Of a DNA stretch of 64,000 nt, positions 1 to 10,619 are shown in pieces; positions within the stretch are counted from its first letter, which is position 1, and the number at the start of each line of letters is the position of its first letter. The DNA is from an uncultured delta proteobacterium (GTDB taxonomy: Bacteria; Desulfobacterota; RBG-13-43-22). The position numbers and the translations under genes are program-made. The notes beneath the pieces were generated by a model, which did not search any database, was not told the DNA's origin, and saw only the letters and a list, made by a program, of their open reading frames with translations. The stretch covers positions 1 to 64,000 of the forward strand of contig CAVQFQ010000004.1 in the NCBI GenBank assembly GCA_963711835.1. The letters run 5' to 3'.

Positions 1-11
1 AAGGATCAGGG

Positions 12-803
12 GTGAGCGGATTACCGTTTGTGCGTGGCACGTACCGGACCGACGAAACTCGGCGCTCGGCCCTCGGGCGGTTGTCGCCCGGGCTAGTTCT
101 CTATTCGCGCATCGTCTCCATCGTCCTGCGTGCCGGGGCCAAGGCCAAGCGGGGACGGTACGATGATGGCGAGTGGAAAGCGAGCAGCCTCGAGACCGTG
201 CGTGCGCTCGAGGCGGCGGGTGTCACGATCGACATCTCCGGCCTGGAACACCCGGCAGCGGTGGAGGGGCCCTGCGTCTTCATCGGTAACCATATGAGCA
301 CGCTGGAGACGTTCGTCCTTCCGGTGGTCTTGCTCCCCTTCAAGCGGGTCACCTTCGTGGTCAAGCGCAGCCTGGTGGAGTACCCGGTGTTCGGGCACGT
401 CATGCGGTCCAGGGATCCCATCACGGTGGGGCGGATCAATCCGCGGGAAGACCTGAAGGCGGTGCTGGAGGGCGGCGTGGAACGGCTCGGCAAGGGGATC
501 TCGCTGATCATCTTTCCCCAGACGACGCGCGTGCCGCTCTTCGATCCGAAGGAATTCAACACCATCGGCGTCAAGCTGGCGAAGAAGGCCAATGTCCCGG
601 TGGTCCCCCTGGCGCTCAAAACGGATGCGTGGGGCAACGGGACGCTGATGAAGGAGTTCGGCAGGATCGATCCGTCCAAGACCGTGCACTTCGCGTTTGG
701 GGCGCCGATGCGGGTCCAGGATCGGGGCGCGGAGGAGCACGAGGCCATCGTCCGGTTCATCACGACGAAGCTCGAGGCGTGGGGCGGATCGGTCAAGACA
801 TAA
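12..803 (+). CDS. plsC: 1-acyl-sn-glycerol-3-phosphate acyltransferase (lysophospholipid acyltransferase family)
   Basis: NHMSTLE (HxxxxD/E-like) motif, FVVK block, IIFPQTTR and VPVVP motifs. Confidence 0.85.
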   Translation: MSGLPFVRGTYRTDETRRSALGRLSPGLVLYSRIVSIVLRAGAKAKRGRYDDGEWKASSLETVRALEAAGVTIDISGLEHPAAVEGPCVFIGNHMSTLETFVLPVVLLPFKRVTFVVKRSLVEYPVFGHVMRSRDPITVGRINPREDLKAVLEGGVERLGKGISLIIFPQTTRVPLFDPKEFNTIGVKLAKKANVPVVPLALKTDAWGNGTLMKEFGRIDPSKTVHFAFGAPMRVQDRGAEEHEAIVRFITTKLEAWGGSVKT

Positions 804-902
804 GCCCGCACACCCCTCTTGTCTTGGCTGCCACCCGAGGCGAATCGCCCGGCTCGCCGACTCCCCCGAGGCGGGTCGCGGCCATCACTCCGATGCGGCG
901 GC

Positions 903-2165
903 CTACCGGAAGGAATCCAAGCCGGCGAAATCCAGCGTTCGGAAGTAGTCTTCCACGGTCTCGGCGCGACGGATCAGGCGCACGTTTCCGTCCTCGCGCA
1001 GGAGGAGTTCCGCGGACCGGAGCTTGCCGTTGTAGTTGAAGCCCATGGCCCAGCCGTGCGCGCCGGTATCGTGGATGGCGAGGAGGTCGCCGACCGCGAT
1101 CTCGGGCAAGGACCGCTGGATCGCGAACTTGTCGTTGTTCTCGCACAGGCTTCCAGTCACGTCGTACGTCGCGGTGGCAGCCGCCGACTCCTTGCCCAGC
1201 ACGGTGATGTGATGATACGCCCCGTACATGCCGGGGCGCATCAGGTTCGCCATGCTGGCGTCGGTGCCGACATAGCGTCGGTAGGTCTCCTTCAGGTGAA
1301 TCACGCGCGTCACGAGCCAACCGTAGGGCCCCGTGACGACTCGACCGCACTCCATGGCAAGCCTGACCGGGTGCAGCCCGTTCCGCACGATGAGGTCGTC
1401 GTACGCCTGCTGGATCCCCGCCGCGACGCGATCGTAGGGTACCGGTTTCTGGTCGGGCCGGTAGGGGATACCGACGCCGCCGCCGAGATTGACCAGCTCC
1501 ATCCGGATCCCGAGGCGTTGCCGGATCTCCACCGCGAGCTCGAAGAGGAGCCGCGCCGTCTCCACGAAGTACGCCGGATCGAGCTCGTTCGAGGCGACCA
1601 TCGTGTGCAGCCCGAACCGGGTGGCCCCCTTCGCCTTGAGCCGGGCATATCCGGCGAAGAGCTGGTCGCGGGTGAAGCCGTATTTCGCCTCTTCCGGCTT
1701 TCCGATGATGGCGTTGCCTTCCTTGAGGGGGCCCGGGTTGTAGCGACACGAGACCAGTTCGGGAATCCCGCACGCTCGCTCCAGCGACTCGATGTGGCTG
1801 ATGTCGTCGAGATTGATGACGGCGCCGAGCCGCCGGGCCTCTCGAAACTCCTCGGCGGGCGTGTCGTTCGAGGTGAACATGATGGCTTCGCCCGTGATGC
1901 CGACCCGTTCCGCCAGCAGGAGCTCGGACAGGCTGGAGCAGTCCGCGCCGAACCCCTCGGCCTTCAGGATGGCGAGGATGTACGGGTTCGGCAGGGCCTT
2001 GACGGCGAAGTAATTGATGAAGCCGTCGAAGACGGAGAACGCCCGCGTGAGTTCGCGAGCATTCACTCGCATGGCCCGCTCGTCGTATATGTGGAAGGGG
2101 GTTGGAAACTCGGCCGCGATCTCCTCGGCCCGCGCTTTCGTGAAGGGTACGATCTTTGTGGTCAT
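903..2165 (-). CDS. lysA: Diaminopimelate decarboxylase
   Basis: PTPFHIYD, FAVKA PLP lysine, NLGGG, ECGR, GSLCENND, GAHGWAMGFNYN; start at MTTKIVPF behind GGGGAGG. Confidence 0.93.
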   Translation of the reverse strand: MTTKIVPFTKARAEEIAAEFPTPFHIYDERAMRVNARELTRAFSVFDGFINYFAVKALPNPYILAILKAEGFGADCSSLSELLLAERVGITGEAIMFTSNDTPAEEFREARRLGAVINLDDISHIESLERACGIPELVSCRYNPGPLKEGNAIIGKPEEAKYGFTRDQLFAGYARLKAKGATRFGLHTMVASNELDPAYFVETARLLFELAVEIRQRLGIRMELVNLGGGVGIPYRPDQKPVPYDRVAAGIQQAYDDLIVRNGLHPVRLAMECGRVVTGPYGWLVTRVIHLKETYRRYVGTDASMANLMRPGMYGAYHHITVLGKESAAATATYDVTGSLCENNDKFAIQRSLPEIAVGDLLAIHDTGAHGWAMGFNYNGKLRSAELLLREDGNVRLIRRAETVEDYFRTLDFAGLDSFR

Positions 2166-2376
2166 GGCCTCGCCGGGGTGTGGGTGACAGGCAATCCGAT
2201 CCGCGCGGTCGCGGCGCGCGACGCACCGAGCCTTCCCGGCTTGGCGGGAGTGGCACGGAGCGCCGACAAGATGCAACACCAGTCCGGCAGGCGTCAAGCG
2301 AAATGTGACCACCTGGTCGAGGCAGGAGAGGAGCTGTTGCTGGAAGCGGCGAGCGGCGGTTCCCGGGCGGCACCGC

Positions 2377-3462
2377 CTATACCCAGGGGGCGAAGAACTC
2401 CCGTAATCGCCGCGTCTCGGCGGCGGTTTCGACCACGACCTGAAGGTACAGACCGTCCGGCGAAAGGTGCGTCCGAAGGAGTGTCAGGTCCTCGATGTCG
2501 AGCTTCCCGCGAATCAACAGGCTCCGCCGCCGCGCCTGGACCATTCGGAAGAAGGGCATCATCTCGGCGATGGCGGCGTTGCCCACGTCCTTGTTGATCT
2601 GGATGCAGCCGAGCGATTCGACGTCGAGGATACGGTCCAGAAGAAACAGCGACGAGGAGTGGAGGTGGATGGCGGAACAGGGAAACGCTTCGGCCATCCG
2701 CCGGTCCCACGGCTGCAAGAGGGCCGTGTACAGGTCGGGCGAGAACAGGGCCGACGAGTCCTCCTGTAGCCTGGCGAGGCGGTCCGGTGCCCAGAGGCCC
2801 AGCTGCTCGATCAGATATCCGCCGGCAAAAGGGCCGGTGATGGTGTGCTGCGAACGCACCAGGCCGATCGCAAAGTCCGTGCAACGCTCAGCCAGGTTCC
2901 GGAAGCCGTCCGGATGGTCGTACAGGTCAAAGATCATCTCCGAGGAGCCGCGCATCGCGGCGATCATGTCGGACGGACCCCGCAGAATGGGTTGGCCGAC
3001 GGGGACCCGATCGCCGAAATGCCCCTTCAGCGTCGCCACGAACTCCAGGTATTTCCTCCGCCAGGGATTCCCGTCGGTAAGATCGATCCGGGGAAGATCC
3101 GCGTACTCGAACCCTCCCTCTTCGGCCCAGATCGATTCCGCGCCGATCTGGACGCGACACCCCAGCATCGCTTCCAGCCACGGGAAAGGCGGGATCGGGG
3201 CCAGCCCCCGGATCATGTCGTCTTCGATGCCGTCCCACAAACCGACGACGCCTTGGTAATCGGCCAGGAACTCCTCGGGGTGGAGATCGTCCGGTGCGAG
3301 TTCCGCCTTGCCACGGAGCTTCTGCATGGCGCGGTAGCTTTGCAGGGGAAACCACCCGCCCACGGAGAATCCAATCAGGGGACGGTCAACCGGCGAACAG
3401 TTCCAGAACCGACGGTAGCGATCGATCTTGCCTGCGATAGTTGAGGGAGATGTACCTGTCAC
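2377..3462 (-). CDS. Uroporphyrinogen-decarboxylase/methyltransferase-fold (URO-D-like) hypothetical protein
   Basis: GPSDMIAAMRG..MIFDLYDHP, LQED..LFSP, IHLHS pattern; GTG start with AGGAG RBS. Confidence 0.65.
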   Translation of the reverse strand: MTGTSPSTIAGKIDRYRRFWNCSPVDRPLIGFSVGGWFPLQSYRAMQKLRGKAELAPDDLHPEEFLADYQGVVGLWDGIEDDMIRGLAPIPPFPWLEAMLGCRVQIGAESIWAEEGGFEYADLPRIDLTDGNPWRRKYLEFVATLKGHFGDRVPVGQPILRGPSDMIAAMRGSSEMIFDLYDHPDGFRNLAERCTDFAIGLVRSQHTITGPFAGGYLIEQLGLWAPDRLARLQEDSSALFSPDLYTALLQPWDRRMAEAFPCSAIHLHSSSLFLLDRILDVESLGCIQINKDVGNAAIAEMMPFFRMVQARRRSLLIRGKLDIEDLTLLRTHLSPDGLYLQVVVETAAETRRLREFFAPWV

Positions 3463-3893
3463 GTGCGTTCTCCTGGCAGTGGGCCGTTTCCCTTGGAGAG
3501 AAGAGCGCCAGCTTGCCTGAGCCGCGCTGCGCGTGTCAAGGAGAAAGCCCGCGCCCACCCATAGGATCTATCGCCGCCTACTCTCTTCGCCCTTCCAGGT
3601 ATGGGATCGGCCGCTGGCGGTAAACGCCGCCCTCTGGGGGCGGGATCCGCCCCGGCGACCACCCGGGACCGGGCTAGGCCACCCGCAAGAGCCGCGCCAT
3701 CTCTCCTTGACGCCCACGTCCCCTGTGCCGATAATCCCCCCGACCACGGCGACCCCATGGGGGGTGGGCGATGCGTGGCGCCGGTGGTCCCCTGGGGCCG
3801 CGGGGCCGCCGCCGCTCCGATCGTCCCGCGGCACCGAAAAGCAAAATCATGTCAACTTTTTCCCTCGATCCGGGGCGAGATTCCGATCGACAT

Positions 3894-3923
3894 CACACAT
3901 TTAAATGTGTCATTATATGTGTG
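3894..3923. promoter_or_regulatory. Probable autoregulatory operator of vapBC
   Basis: Perfect 16-bp palindrome ACACATTTAAATGTGT (3895-3910) plus a second ATGTGTG half-site just upstream of the RBS, AT-rich in a GC-rich context. Confidence 0.6.
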
Positions 3924-3935
3924 GAGGTGATGCCA

Positions 3936-4136
3936 ATGGCAACGAATCTCCAGATCGACGACACCCTGATCGCGAAGGCCGCCAAGCTTGGTGGCCACAG
4001 GACGAAGAAGGCCGCCGTTACCCATGCCCTGCTTGAGTATGTCCGCCATCTCCAGCAGCAGAAGGTCACGTCGCTGTTTGGAACGGTGGACTACGATCCA
4101 GCATACGACTACAAGAAGCAGCGAGCACACTCGTGA
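3936..4136 (+). CDS. vapB: VapB-family antitoxin
   Basis: MATNLQIDD..L..A..LGGHRTKKAAV..AL.EY ribbon-helix-helix pattern; GGAGG RBS; GTGA overlap with the PIN toxin. Confidence 0.85.
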   Translation: MATNLQIDDTLIAKAAKLGGHRTKKAAVTHALLEYVRHLQQQKVTSLFGTVDYDPAYDYKKQRAHS

Positions 4137-4549
4137 GAGTCTTGGTGGATACGAGTGTCTGGTCGCTGGCGTTGCGGCGGGGCGCAGCCGAGGGCGTCTC
4201 GGTCCCCGCCCAAGCGCTGCGGAGCCTGCTTGCGGACCATCGCATCCAGATGATCGGGCCCATCCGCCAGGAATTACTGTCCGGCATTCGGGACGAACGG
4301 CAGTTCGACAGGCTCGCCAAACACCTAGCAGCGTTTTCAGACATCCCGCTTGCCACCGACGACTACGTCACGGCTGCCAGGTTCAATAATCTGTGCCGGT
4401 CGAAGGGGCTCCAGGGCTCAAACACGGATTTTCTCATCTGCGCGGTCTCCGTGCGTCATGGCCTCGCCATCTACACGACCGACCGCGACTTCGCATCGTT
4501 CGCCAAACACCTCCCGCTTGTGTTGTACAGGCCGGAGGACCTTGTGTAG
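4133..4549 (+). CDS. vapC: VapC PIN-domain toxin
   Basis: VLVDTSVW, ELLSG, TDFLI, IYTTDRDF PIN acidic motifs. Confidence 0.9.
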   Translation: MRVLVDTSVWSLALRRGAAEGVSVPAQALRSLLADHRIQMIGPIRQELLSGIRDERQFDRLAKHLAAFSDIPLATDDYVTAARFNNLCRSKGLQGSNTDFLICAVSVRHGLAIYTTDRDFASFAKHLPLVLYRPEDLV

Positions 4550-4689
4550 CCTGCGGCAAGCTACCCACGTAAGCCCCCCCCTCAAGCGGCCCTCTCGGTC
4601 AACGGACCTGCGATTCGCAGGCTCGTCGGCTGGCACCACTCGGGCTTCAGTCTGCATAACGCCGTGCGGATTGGGGCCCAGGACAGCGA

Positions 4690-4910
4690 GGGCCGCCGGG
4701 CGGTTTCAGAATCCGTCCTCCATTCGCCCTTCTCCCTGGAGACGATGCGGTACCGGGCGACGTCCGGGACGATCATCGACCAGTCGAAGATGCACCCGCT
4801 GCTGAAGCGGAACGTCGAGGTCTTCTCGGCGTGCGACTGGCTGGCGGCGCTCACCGCACACATCCCAAACGCGGGAGAGCATCTGGTGCGGTACTACGGG
4901 TCGTCGATCT
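4690..4910 (+). mobile_element. IS91-like (Y2) transposase C-terminal remnant
   Basis: PFSLETMRY...DWLAALTAHIPNAGEHLVRYYG resembles the IS91-type C-terminus; no N-terminus. Confidence 0.65.
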
Positions 4911-5151
4911 TCCCCTTGACACCGCCGTCCGGTGCGTCGGATACTCCGCCTTGACTTTGCGACACCGTCCGGGTCGTGCGGAGGCGAGGGCCGGCGCGGT
5001 TCCGACGGACTCGCGGGGCGGCCGACCGCCGGGTGTCCATCGCCCGTGAGCCCATGGGGCGGGTTGTTGCGCCAGTCGCCGGTCAGCCTGGCCGTCATGA
5101 TATGATCAGCGGCACGGCACCATAAAAGCGGCCTGCAGAGGGAGGACCACC

Positions 5152-6095
5152 ATGAAGATTGCCAGCGTTCTCGCGACCTCGTTGATTGCCTCGGTGCTGG
5201 CCGCTTCGGCGGCCGTGGCCGCCGACCTGCGGGTGGGCGAGCGGGCGGTGAAGCTCACGCGGGGCACGGCCTGGAAGCAGGTCGCCGCGATTCCCATCGC
5301 CTTCCCGACCTTCCACCCCCAGGGCATGATCAAGATCGGCGATGCCTTCTTCGTGTCGTCCGTGGACATCCGCAAGCCGACGACGCGCTACAGCCAGCCC
5401 CAAGACGGCTATGACCGCGATACGGGCGAGGGCGAAGGGCATCTATTCAAGATCGGCGCCGACGGCAAGCTTCTGGCCGACCTGAAGCTGGGGGAAGGCA
5501 CGGTCTACCATCCCGGCGGCATCGATTTCGACGGGCAGTTCATCTGGGTGCCGGTCGCGGAATATCGGCCCAACAGCCAGGCGATCATCTACAAGGTCGA
5601 TCCGGCCACGATGAAGGCGGTCGAGGTGTTCCGCTTCAAGGATCACATCGGCGGGATCGTCCACAACACGGATGGCAAGTCGCTGCACGGCGTGAGCTGG
5701 GGGTCGCGGCGGCTGTACAAGTGGCCGCTCGGCGCGGACGGCAGGATCACGAATGCGGATGCGAAGCCGGAGGCGTTACGGGTCATGAACCCCGCGCAGT
5801 ATATCGACTACCAGGATTGCCACTATATCGGCGGCGAGCGGATGCTGTGTTCGGGCTGAACAACTACGTAACCGCGCCCGGGGCCACGCCGTTCCGCCTG
5901 GGCGGATTCGAGGTCGTCGACCTCAAGGACAACCGGCCCGTCTGGCAGGTTCCGGTCGAACTCTGGTCTCCGTCCGGGCTGCCGATGACGCAGAATCCGG
6001 TCTTCGTCGAAGCGACGGACAGCGGGCTGCGCGCCCATTTCATGCCCGACGACGACAAGTCGACGCTGTTCATCTACGAAGCCCAGATTCCGTAG
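5152..6095 (+). CDS. Secreted beta-propeller-like protein (DUF6454-like), frameshifted near 5855
   Basis: Signal peptide, FHPQG and YHPGGIDFDG; ...LCSG continues as LNNY... in another frame (one G missing). Confidence 0.65.
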
Positions 6096-6129
6096 CTTGT
6101 CATTCGCGCACTGAACGGTCGCGACGGCC

Positions 6130-6352
6130 CTACCCCACCTCCTTCGTCTCGCGCAGCGCCGCGATCCTCGGCGCCGCGACGGGGGCAGGTGTCCTGATCC
6201 TGGCCGAAGCGACCGTCGGCCTCCTCATGCATGCGCTGGGATTCACGATGCTTCTCGGCGGGATGTACGTCGCGGCGGCCGCCGGCGTCTGGGCCCTGCT
6301 CATCGTGGTGACCGTCCTGGCATCGCTGTCGTCCGGCTCGTCCACACGATAG
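6130..6352 (+). pseudogene. C-terminal fragment of a membrane protein with no start
   Basis: Hydrophobic frame AAILGAATGAGVLIL...VWALLIVVTVLASLS ending in TAG. Confidence 0.3.
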
Positions 6353-6385
6353 GGTCAGGTCCGCTCCTACGTGCCGGGATCGGGG

Positions 6386-7375
6386 CTACGCGAACGCGAA
6401 CGGCTGCCCGAGCCCCCGCTCCAGCGCCCGCCGATAGGCGACGGTCGCCACGGCAATGTCCATGGCGCCGGTCCCGAGGGGAACGCAGAGGATGCGCTCC
6501 GTGGGTGAGGTGCGGCCCGGCTTCTTTCCTGCCACCATCTCGCCGATGGTGGCGTGAATGTGCCGCTCGGTAATCTTCCCCGCCGCGTGGACGTCGCGGA
6601 GCGCCCCCCGGTGGAGGCACTGCTCGACGTGGTCCACGAGGATCTTGTCCGTCGCGAGGAGAAATGCATCCTCGCACTCCTGATAGGATCCCAACGGCAG
6701 GACCGTGGTCCCTGGCCGGATCCAGGCCTCCCTCAGAAACTTCTCTCGCGAGGTCGTGACGCAGACGATAGCATCGCTCTCCGCCGCCTGCTCGGGCAAG
6801 TCCGCGACCACGATCCGTCCCTGCACCACCGACGCCAGCTCGCGAGCAAACTGGAGGGCGGCATCCCGGCGAACATCGTAGACCGTCAAGCGGGCAATCT
6901 CGAACAATTCGGCGATGGCACGCGTCGCGGTCCGCGCTTGCGCACCCGCACCATAGAGACCGATCCGGATGCGCGGTCCGGCCTGAAGCCACTTGAGCGG
7001 GACGGCGGCCTGGGCGCCCGTTCGCAGGCTGGTGATGAGCGCCCCGTCCATCACCGCCAGGAAGCGGCCGGTCCTGGGGTCGATCACGAGGGTCATGGCG
7101 GTGATAAACGGCAGACCCAGGGCCGCGTTGTCGCGAAAGCCCCCCACCCATTTCAGCCCGGCGGTATCCAGCCACCCGACGTAGGCGGGCATGGCGTTCA
7201 TGAACCCTTTGTAGGGTGGCCAGGGGGCGCTCTCCCCCAGGTCCAGCGCCGCCTTGGTGGGATTCACGACCGTGCCCTCGCCCATCCCGCGGAAGGTGTT
7301 CTCCACGGCCTCCACGACATCCTTCATCGCAATCACCCGCTCGATGTCCTGCCGGCTCAAGAGCAGCGTGCTCAT
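6386..7375 (-). CDS. Ornithine cyclodeaminase / mu-crystallin family protein
   Basis: AMPAY, GLKWV, ITSLRTGA, GAGAQA Rossmann motif, G.AMDIA. Confidence 0.9.
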   Translation of the reverse strand: MSTLLLSRQDIERVIAMKDVVEAVENTFRGMGEGTVVNPTKAALDLGESAPWPPYKGFMNAMPAYVGWLDTAGLKWVGGFRDNAALGLPFITAMTLVIDPRTGRFLAVMDGALITSLRTGAQAAVPLKWLQAGPRIRIGLYGAGAQARTATRAIAELFEIARLTVYDVRRDAALQFARELASVVQGRIVVADLPEQAAESDAIVCVTTSREKFLREAWIRPGTTVLPLGSYQECEDAFLLATDKILVDHVEQCLHRGALRDVHAAGKITERHIHATIGEMVAGKKPGRTSPTERILCVPLGTGAMDIAVATVAYRRALERGLGQPFAFA

Positions 7376-7411
7376 GGCGCTCCCCGCGGCGATGGTCGCC
7401 GCGCGAACGAA

Positions 7412-7439
7412 ACGGGGGCCGCCCGAGAGCGGCCCCCGT
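7412..7439 (-). terminator. Hairpin/terminator after tctC
   Basis: 11-bp stem ACGGGGGCCGC/GCGGCCCCCGT with 6-nt loop and weak T tail on the minus strand. Confidence 0.5.
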
Positions 7440-7475
7440 ACTTCAGGCGGAGGAAGGGCCTTTTTCAGCAGCCTG

Positions 7476-8459
7476 CTAGTCCAGCTTCGCGCCGACGTCC
7501 TGGACGGCCTTGCGCCAGACCACGATGTCGGCCTCGTTCCGCTTGCGGAACTCTTCCGACGTCGACCACATGGGCGTGATGCCCAGATCGGTCAGCCGCT
7601 TCTGGAATTCCTGGGACGAGACGATCTTCACCACCTCTTGGTTCAGGCGAGCCAGGATGGGGTCGGGCAGGTTGGCCGGCCCCAACAGGCCGTACCAGGT
7701 CGTACTCTCGTAGCCGGGGAGGGAGCACGCCTTCTCCACCGTTGGCAGGTCGGGCAGGGCGGCGATCGGCTTCAGCGTGGTGACAGCCAGGGGTTTGAAG
7801 GTCCCCTGCTTGATCGGGCCTATCACCGTCAGGGACTGGTGCCACATGACCTGCGTCTCGCCCGACATCATGGCGTTCATGGCGGGGGGTGTGCCGCGAT
7901 ACGGGATGTGCTCGATCCGGAGCCCCGACATCTTGGTGAAGATCGCCCCGGCCAGGTGCGTGGAGGCGCCGTTGCCGGTCGAGGCGTAATTCAACTGCCC
8001 CGGCTTCTCCTTGGCCAGCTTCATCACATCGGCGCAAGAATTCACGTTGGGCATGATCTTCGGGTTGACGATCATGATGTTCGGCACGTCCCCCAGGATG
8101 CTGATGTGCGAGAAATCCTTGATCACGTCGAAGGGGAGCTTCCCGTACAAGGTGACGTTGATGGCGTGGGTGCCGGCCGTTCCGAAGTAGAGGGTGTAGC
8201 CGTCCGGGCGGGCGCGGGCGACGAATTCGCTGCCCACGTTGCCGCCGGCCCCGGACTTGTTGTCCACGATCACGGACACGCCCAGGGCCTTGGAGAGGGG
8301 CTCGGCCAGCATGCGGCTGTAGATATCGGTGCCGGCCCCGGTCGGAAAGCCGCCCACGATGGTGATCGTGCGGCTGGGCCACTTATCCTGCGCCGCCGCC
8401 GGCAGCGCGACCAGCAGGACGAGTGCGGCCGCCAGAAGGACACGTCGGGTCATCCGCAT
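7476..8459 (-). CDS. tctC: Tripartite tricarboxylate transporter substrate-binding protein (Bug/TctC)
   Basis: Signal peptide, WPSRTITIV, NKSGAGG, PDGYTL, IPYRG, PDLPT motifs. Confidence 0.9.
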   Translation of the reverse strand: MRMTRRVLLAAALVLLVALPAAAQDKWPSRTITIVGGFPTGAGTDIYSRMLAEPLSKALGVSVIVDNKSGAGGNVGSEFVARARPDGYTLYFGTAGTHAINVTLYGKLPFDVIKDFSHISILGDVPNIMIVNPKIMPNVNSCADVMKLAKEKPGQLNYASTGNGASTHLAGAIFTKMSGLRIEHIPYRGTPPAMNAMMSGETQVMWHQSLTVIGPIKQGTFKPLAVTTLKPIAALPDLPTVEKACSLPGYESTTWYGLLGPANLPDPILARLNQEVVKIVSSQEFQKRLTDLGITPMWSTSEEFRKRNEADIVVWRKAVQDVGAKLD

Positions 8460-8509
8460 TGCCTCCACCTCCCATGGGATTGCGGGTTCCGGATCGCATG
8501 CCGAGTGCG

Positions 8510-10006
8510 TCATTCCTGGAAGGCGTCCTGCCGGACCCGGCTCACCTTCGGCAGGAGCGCGGCGATCAGCAGCATTGCCGATACGGCCAGCAGCGCGGCC
8601 GATATCGGGCGCGTGATGAAGACCGAGGCATCTCCGCGCGACACGGCGAGCGCCCGGCGCAGATTCTCCTCCATCATCGGCCCGAGGACGAAGCCCAGGA
8701 GCATCGGCGCGGGCTCGAATCCCAGCTTCAGGAGAGCATAGCCCAAGAGGCCGAAGAGCGCCATCAGGCCGACCTCCAGCGCCGATCCGTTCAGCGAGTA
8801 GACGCCGATGCAACACAGCAGCAGGATGATCGGATGCAGTAGGCGATAGGGAATGCGCAGCATCTGCACCCAGAGGCCGATCAGCGGCAGGTTGATCACC
8901 AGGAGCATCGCGTTGCCGATCCACATGCTGGCGACCAGGCCCCAGAACAGCTGCGGCTGCTCGGAGACGATGCGCGGCCCGGGCACCACGCCGAAGATGC
9001 TCATCGCGCCGACCAGGAGCGCCATCAAGGCGTTGGAGGGGATGCCCAGCGTCAGCATGGGAATGAAGCTGGTCTGGGCCCCCGCATTGTTGGCGCTCTC
9101 CGGACCCGCCACCCCTTCGATCGCCCCCTTGCCGAACTGCTCCGGATGGCGCGAGATCTTCTTCTCCAGCGCATAGGCGGTGAACGAGGAGAGGATCGCC
9201 CCCCCGCCCGGCAACACGCCCAGCAGGCTCCCGAGGACGGTCCCGCGCAGGACGGCGGGTGCGGCGCGGCGCAACTCCTCGCGCGTGGGCCAGAGTCGGC
9301 CCACGATCGCGGTCAGGCGCGGCAGGGCGCCCCGCTCCAGGTTCACCAGGATGTCGGCGACGCCGAACAGGCCCATGGCCAGCGTGACGAATCCGATGCC
9401 GTCGGACAATTCGCCGATGCCGAAGGTATAGCGCTGGCGGCCGGTGGTCAGATCGGTGCCGACCAGCCCCAGCAGCAGGCCCAGGAGAATCATGCCCAGC
9501 GCCTTCACCACGCTGCCGTGGGCCAGCACGACCGCCCCGATCAGCCCCAGCACCATCAAGCTGAAGTAGTCCGGCGCCTGGAACAGCGTGCCCAGGCGGG
9601 CGAGGGGCGGACTGGCCACCGCGATCAGGAGCGTGGACACGCAGCCGGCGAAGAAGCTGCCCAGCGCCGCCACGGCGAGCGCCGCGCCGGCGCGGCCGTT
9701 CTTCGCCATCTGGTGGCCGTCGAGGCAGGTCACGATGGACGAGGTCTCTCCCGGCAAGTTGACCAGGATGGACGTGGTGGAGCCGCCGTACTGGGCGCCA
9801 TAGTAGATGCCGGCCAGCATGATCAGCGCCGTCACCGGCTGGAACTGGAAGGTGATCGGGAGCAGCATCGAGATCGCGCCAAGCGGTCCGATCCCGGGCA
9901 GCACGCCGATGAGCGTACCCAGGAGCGCGCCGACGAGGCAGAAGAGCAGGTTCACGGGACTGACGGCGACGCCGAAGCCCAGGGCGAGATTGCCGAGGAG
10001 TTCCAT
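8510..10006 (-). CDS. tctA: Tripartite tricarboxylate transporter large permease TctA
   Basis: GTLIGVLPGIG, YYGAQYGGS, GPESANNA, LTLGIP. Confidence 0.93.
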   Translation of the reverse strand: MELLGNLALGFGVAVSPVNLLFCLVGALLGTLIGVLPGIGPLGAISMLLPITFQFQPVTALIMLAGIYYGAQYGGSTTSILVNLPGETSSIVTCLDGHQMAKNGRAGAALAVAALGSFFAGCVSTLLIAVASPPLARLGTLFQAPDYFSLMVLGLIGAVVLAHGSVVKALGMILLGLLLGLVGTDLTTGRQRYTFGIGELSDGIGFVTLAMGLFGVADILVNLERGALPRLTAIVGRLWPTREELRRAAPAVLRGTVLGSLLGVLPGGGAILSSFTAYALEKKISRHPEQFGKGAIEGVAGPESANNAGAQTSFIPMLTLGIPSNALMALLVGAMSIFGVVPGPRIVSEQPQLFWGLVASMWIGNAMLLVINLPLIGLWVQMLRIPYRLLHPIILLLCCIGVYSLNGSALEVGLMALFGLLGYALLKLGFEPAPMLLGFVLGPMMEENLRRALAVSRGDASVFITRPISAALLAVSAMLLIAALLPKVSRVRQDAFQE

Positions 10007-10018
10007 CGCGGCTGCCCC

Positions 10019-10469
10019 TCACCGACCCCAGAGCGGCAGGGGCAAGTTCAGCGCGTAGACGAACAGCACTGCCACGCCGCCCGCCATGATCGCGGCCAGC
10101 GATCGCGACCTCGATCGGGCGCGCATCCCGCCCCGCGACGGCGCCCACGCCCACCACCGCCGCGGTGGCGGCGATCAGTCCGACGCGGTCGATCAGCAAT
10201 TGGAAGGCCAACACGGCAACGGTGACCAGGACAAGGGGCCGCCAGGCGACGCGTGTGACGGTCTCGCCGCCCACCGCCATCGCGCCCTGGGCGGCGATCG
10301 CGCCGCCGATCGCGATCAGCAGCCAGGACAGGAGCCTGGGAAAGAACCCCGGTCCCATGCGGTGGGCGGTTCCTACGTCGAGTGAGGTGCCGAGGAGGAG
10401 ACCGAAGATGCCGAAGGCGATGAGGAGCAGGCCGCCGAGGACGTTCTGGCGTCGAAAAATATGGACCAT
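10019..10469 (-). CDS. tctB: TctB small subunit, +1 frameshift near 10100
   Basis: GTAHRMGPGFFP motif; C-terminus ...VLFVYALNLPLPLWGR in a shifted frame; span is 3n+1. Confidence 0.8.
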
Positions 10470-10619
10470 CTGCGATTCTCCCTCCGGTGTGCCGAGGACC
10501 CTAACATTGCGGGTTAGGGCTGTCAAGCGTGCGCGATCGCCCCTTGACGCCCGGATGCGGCCCCTGGTAGCCTGAGACCGTGCGGCTGTTGCCGCCGGTC
10601 GTCCACCCGGGACACGGAC

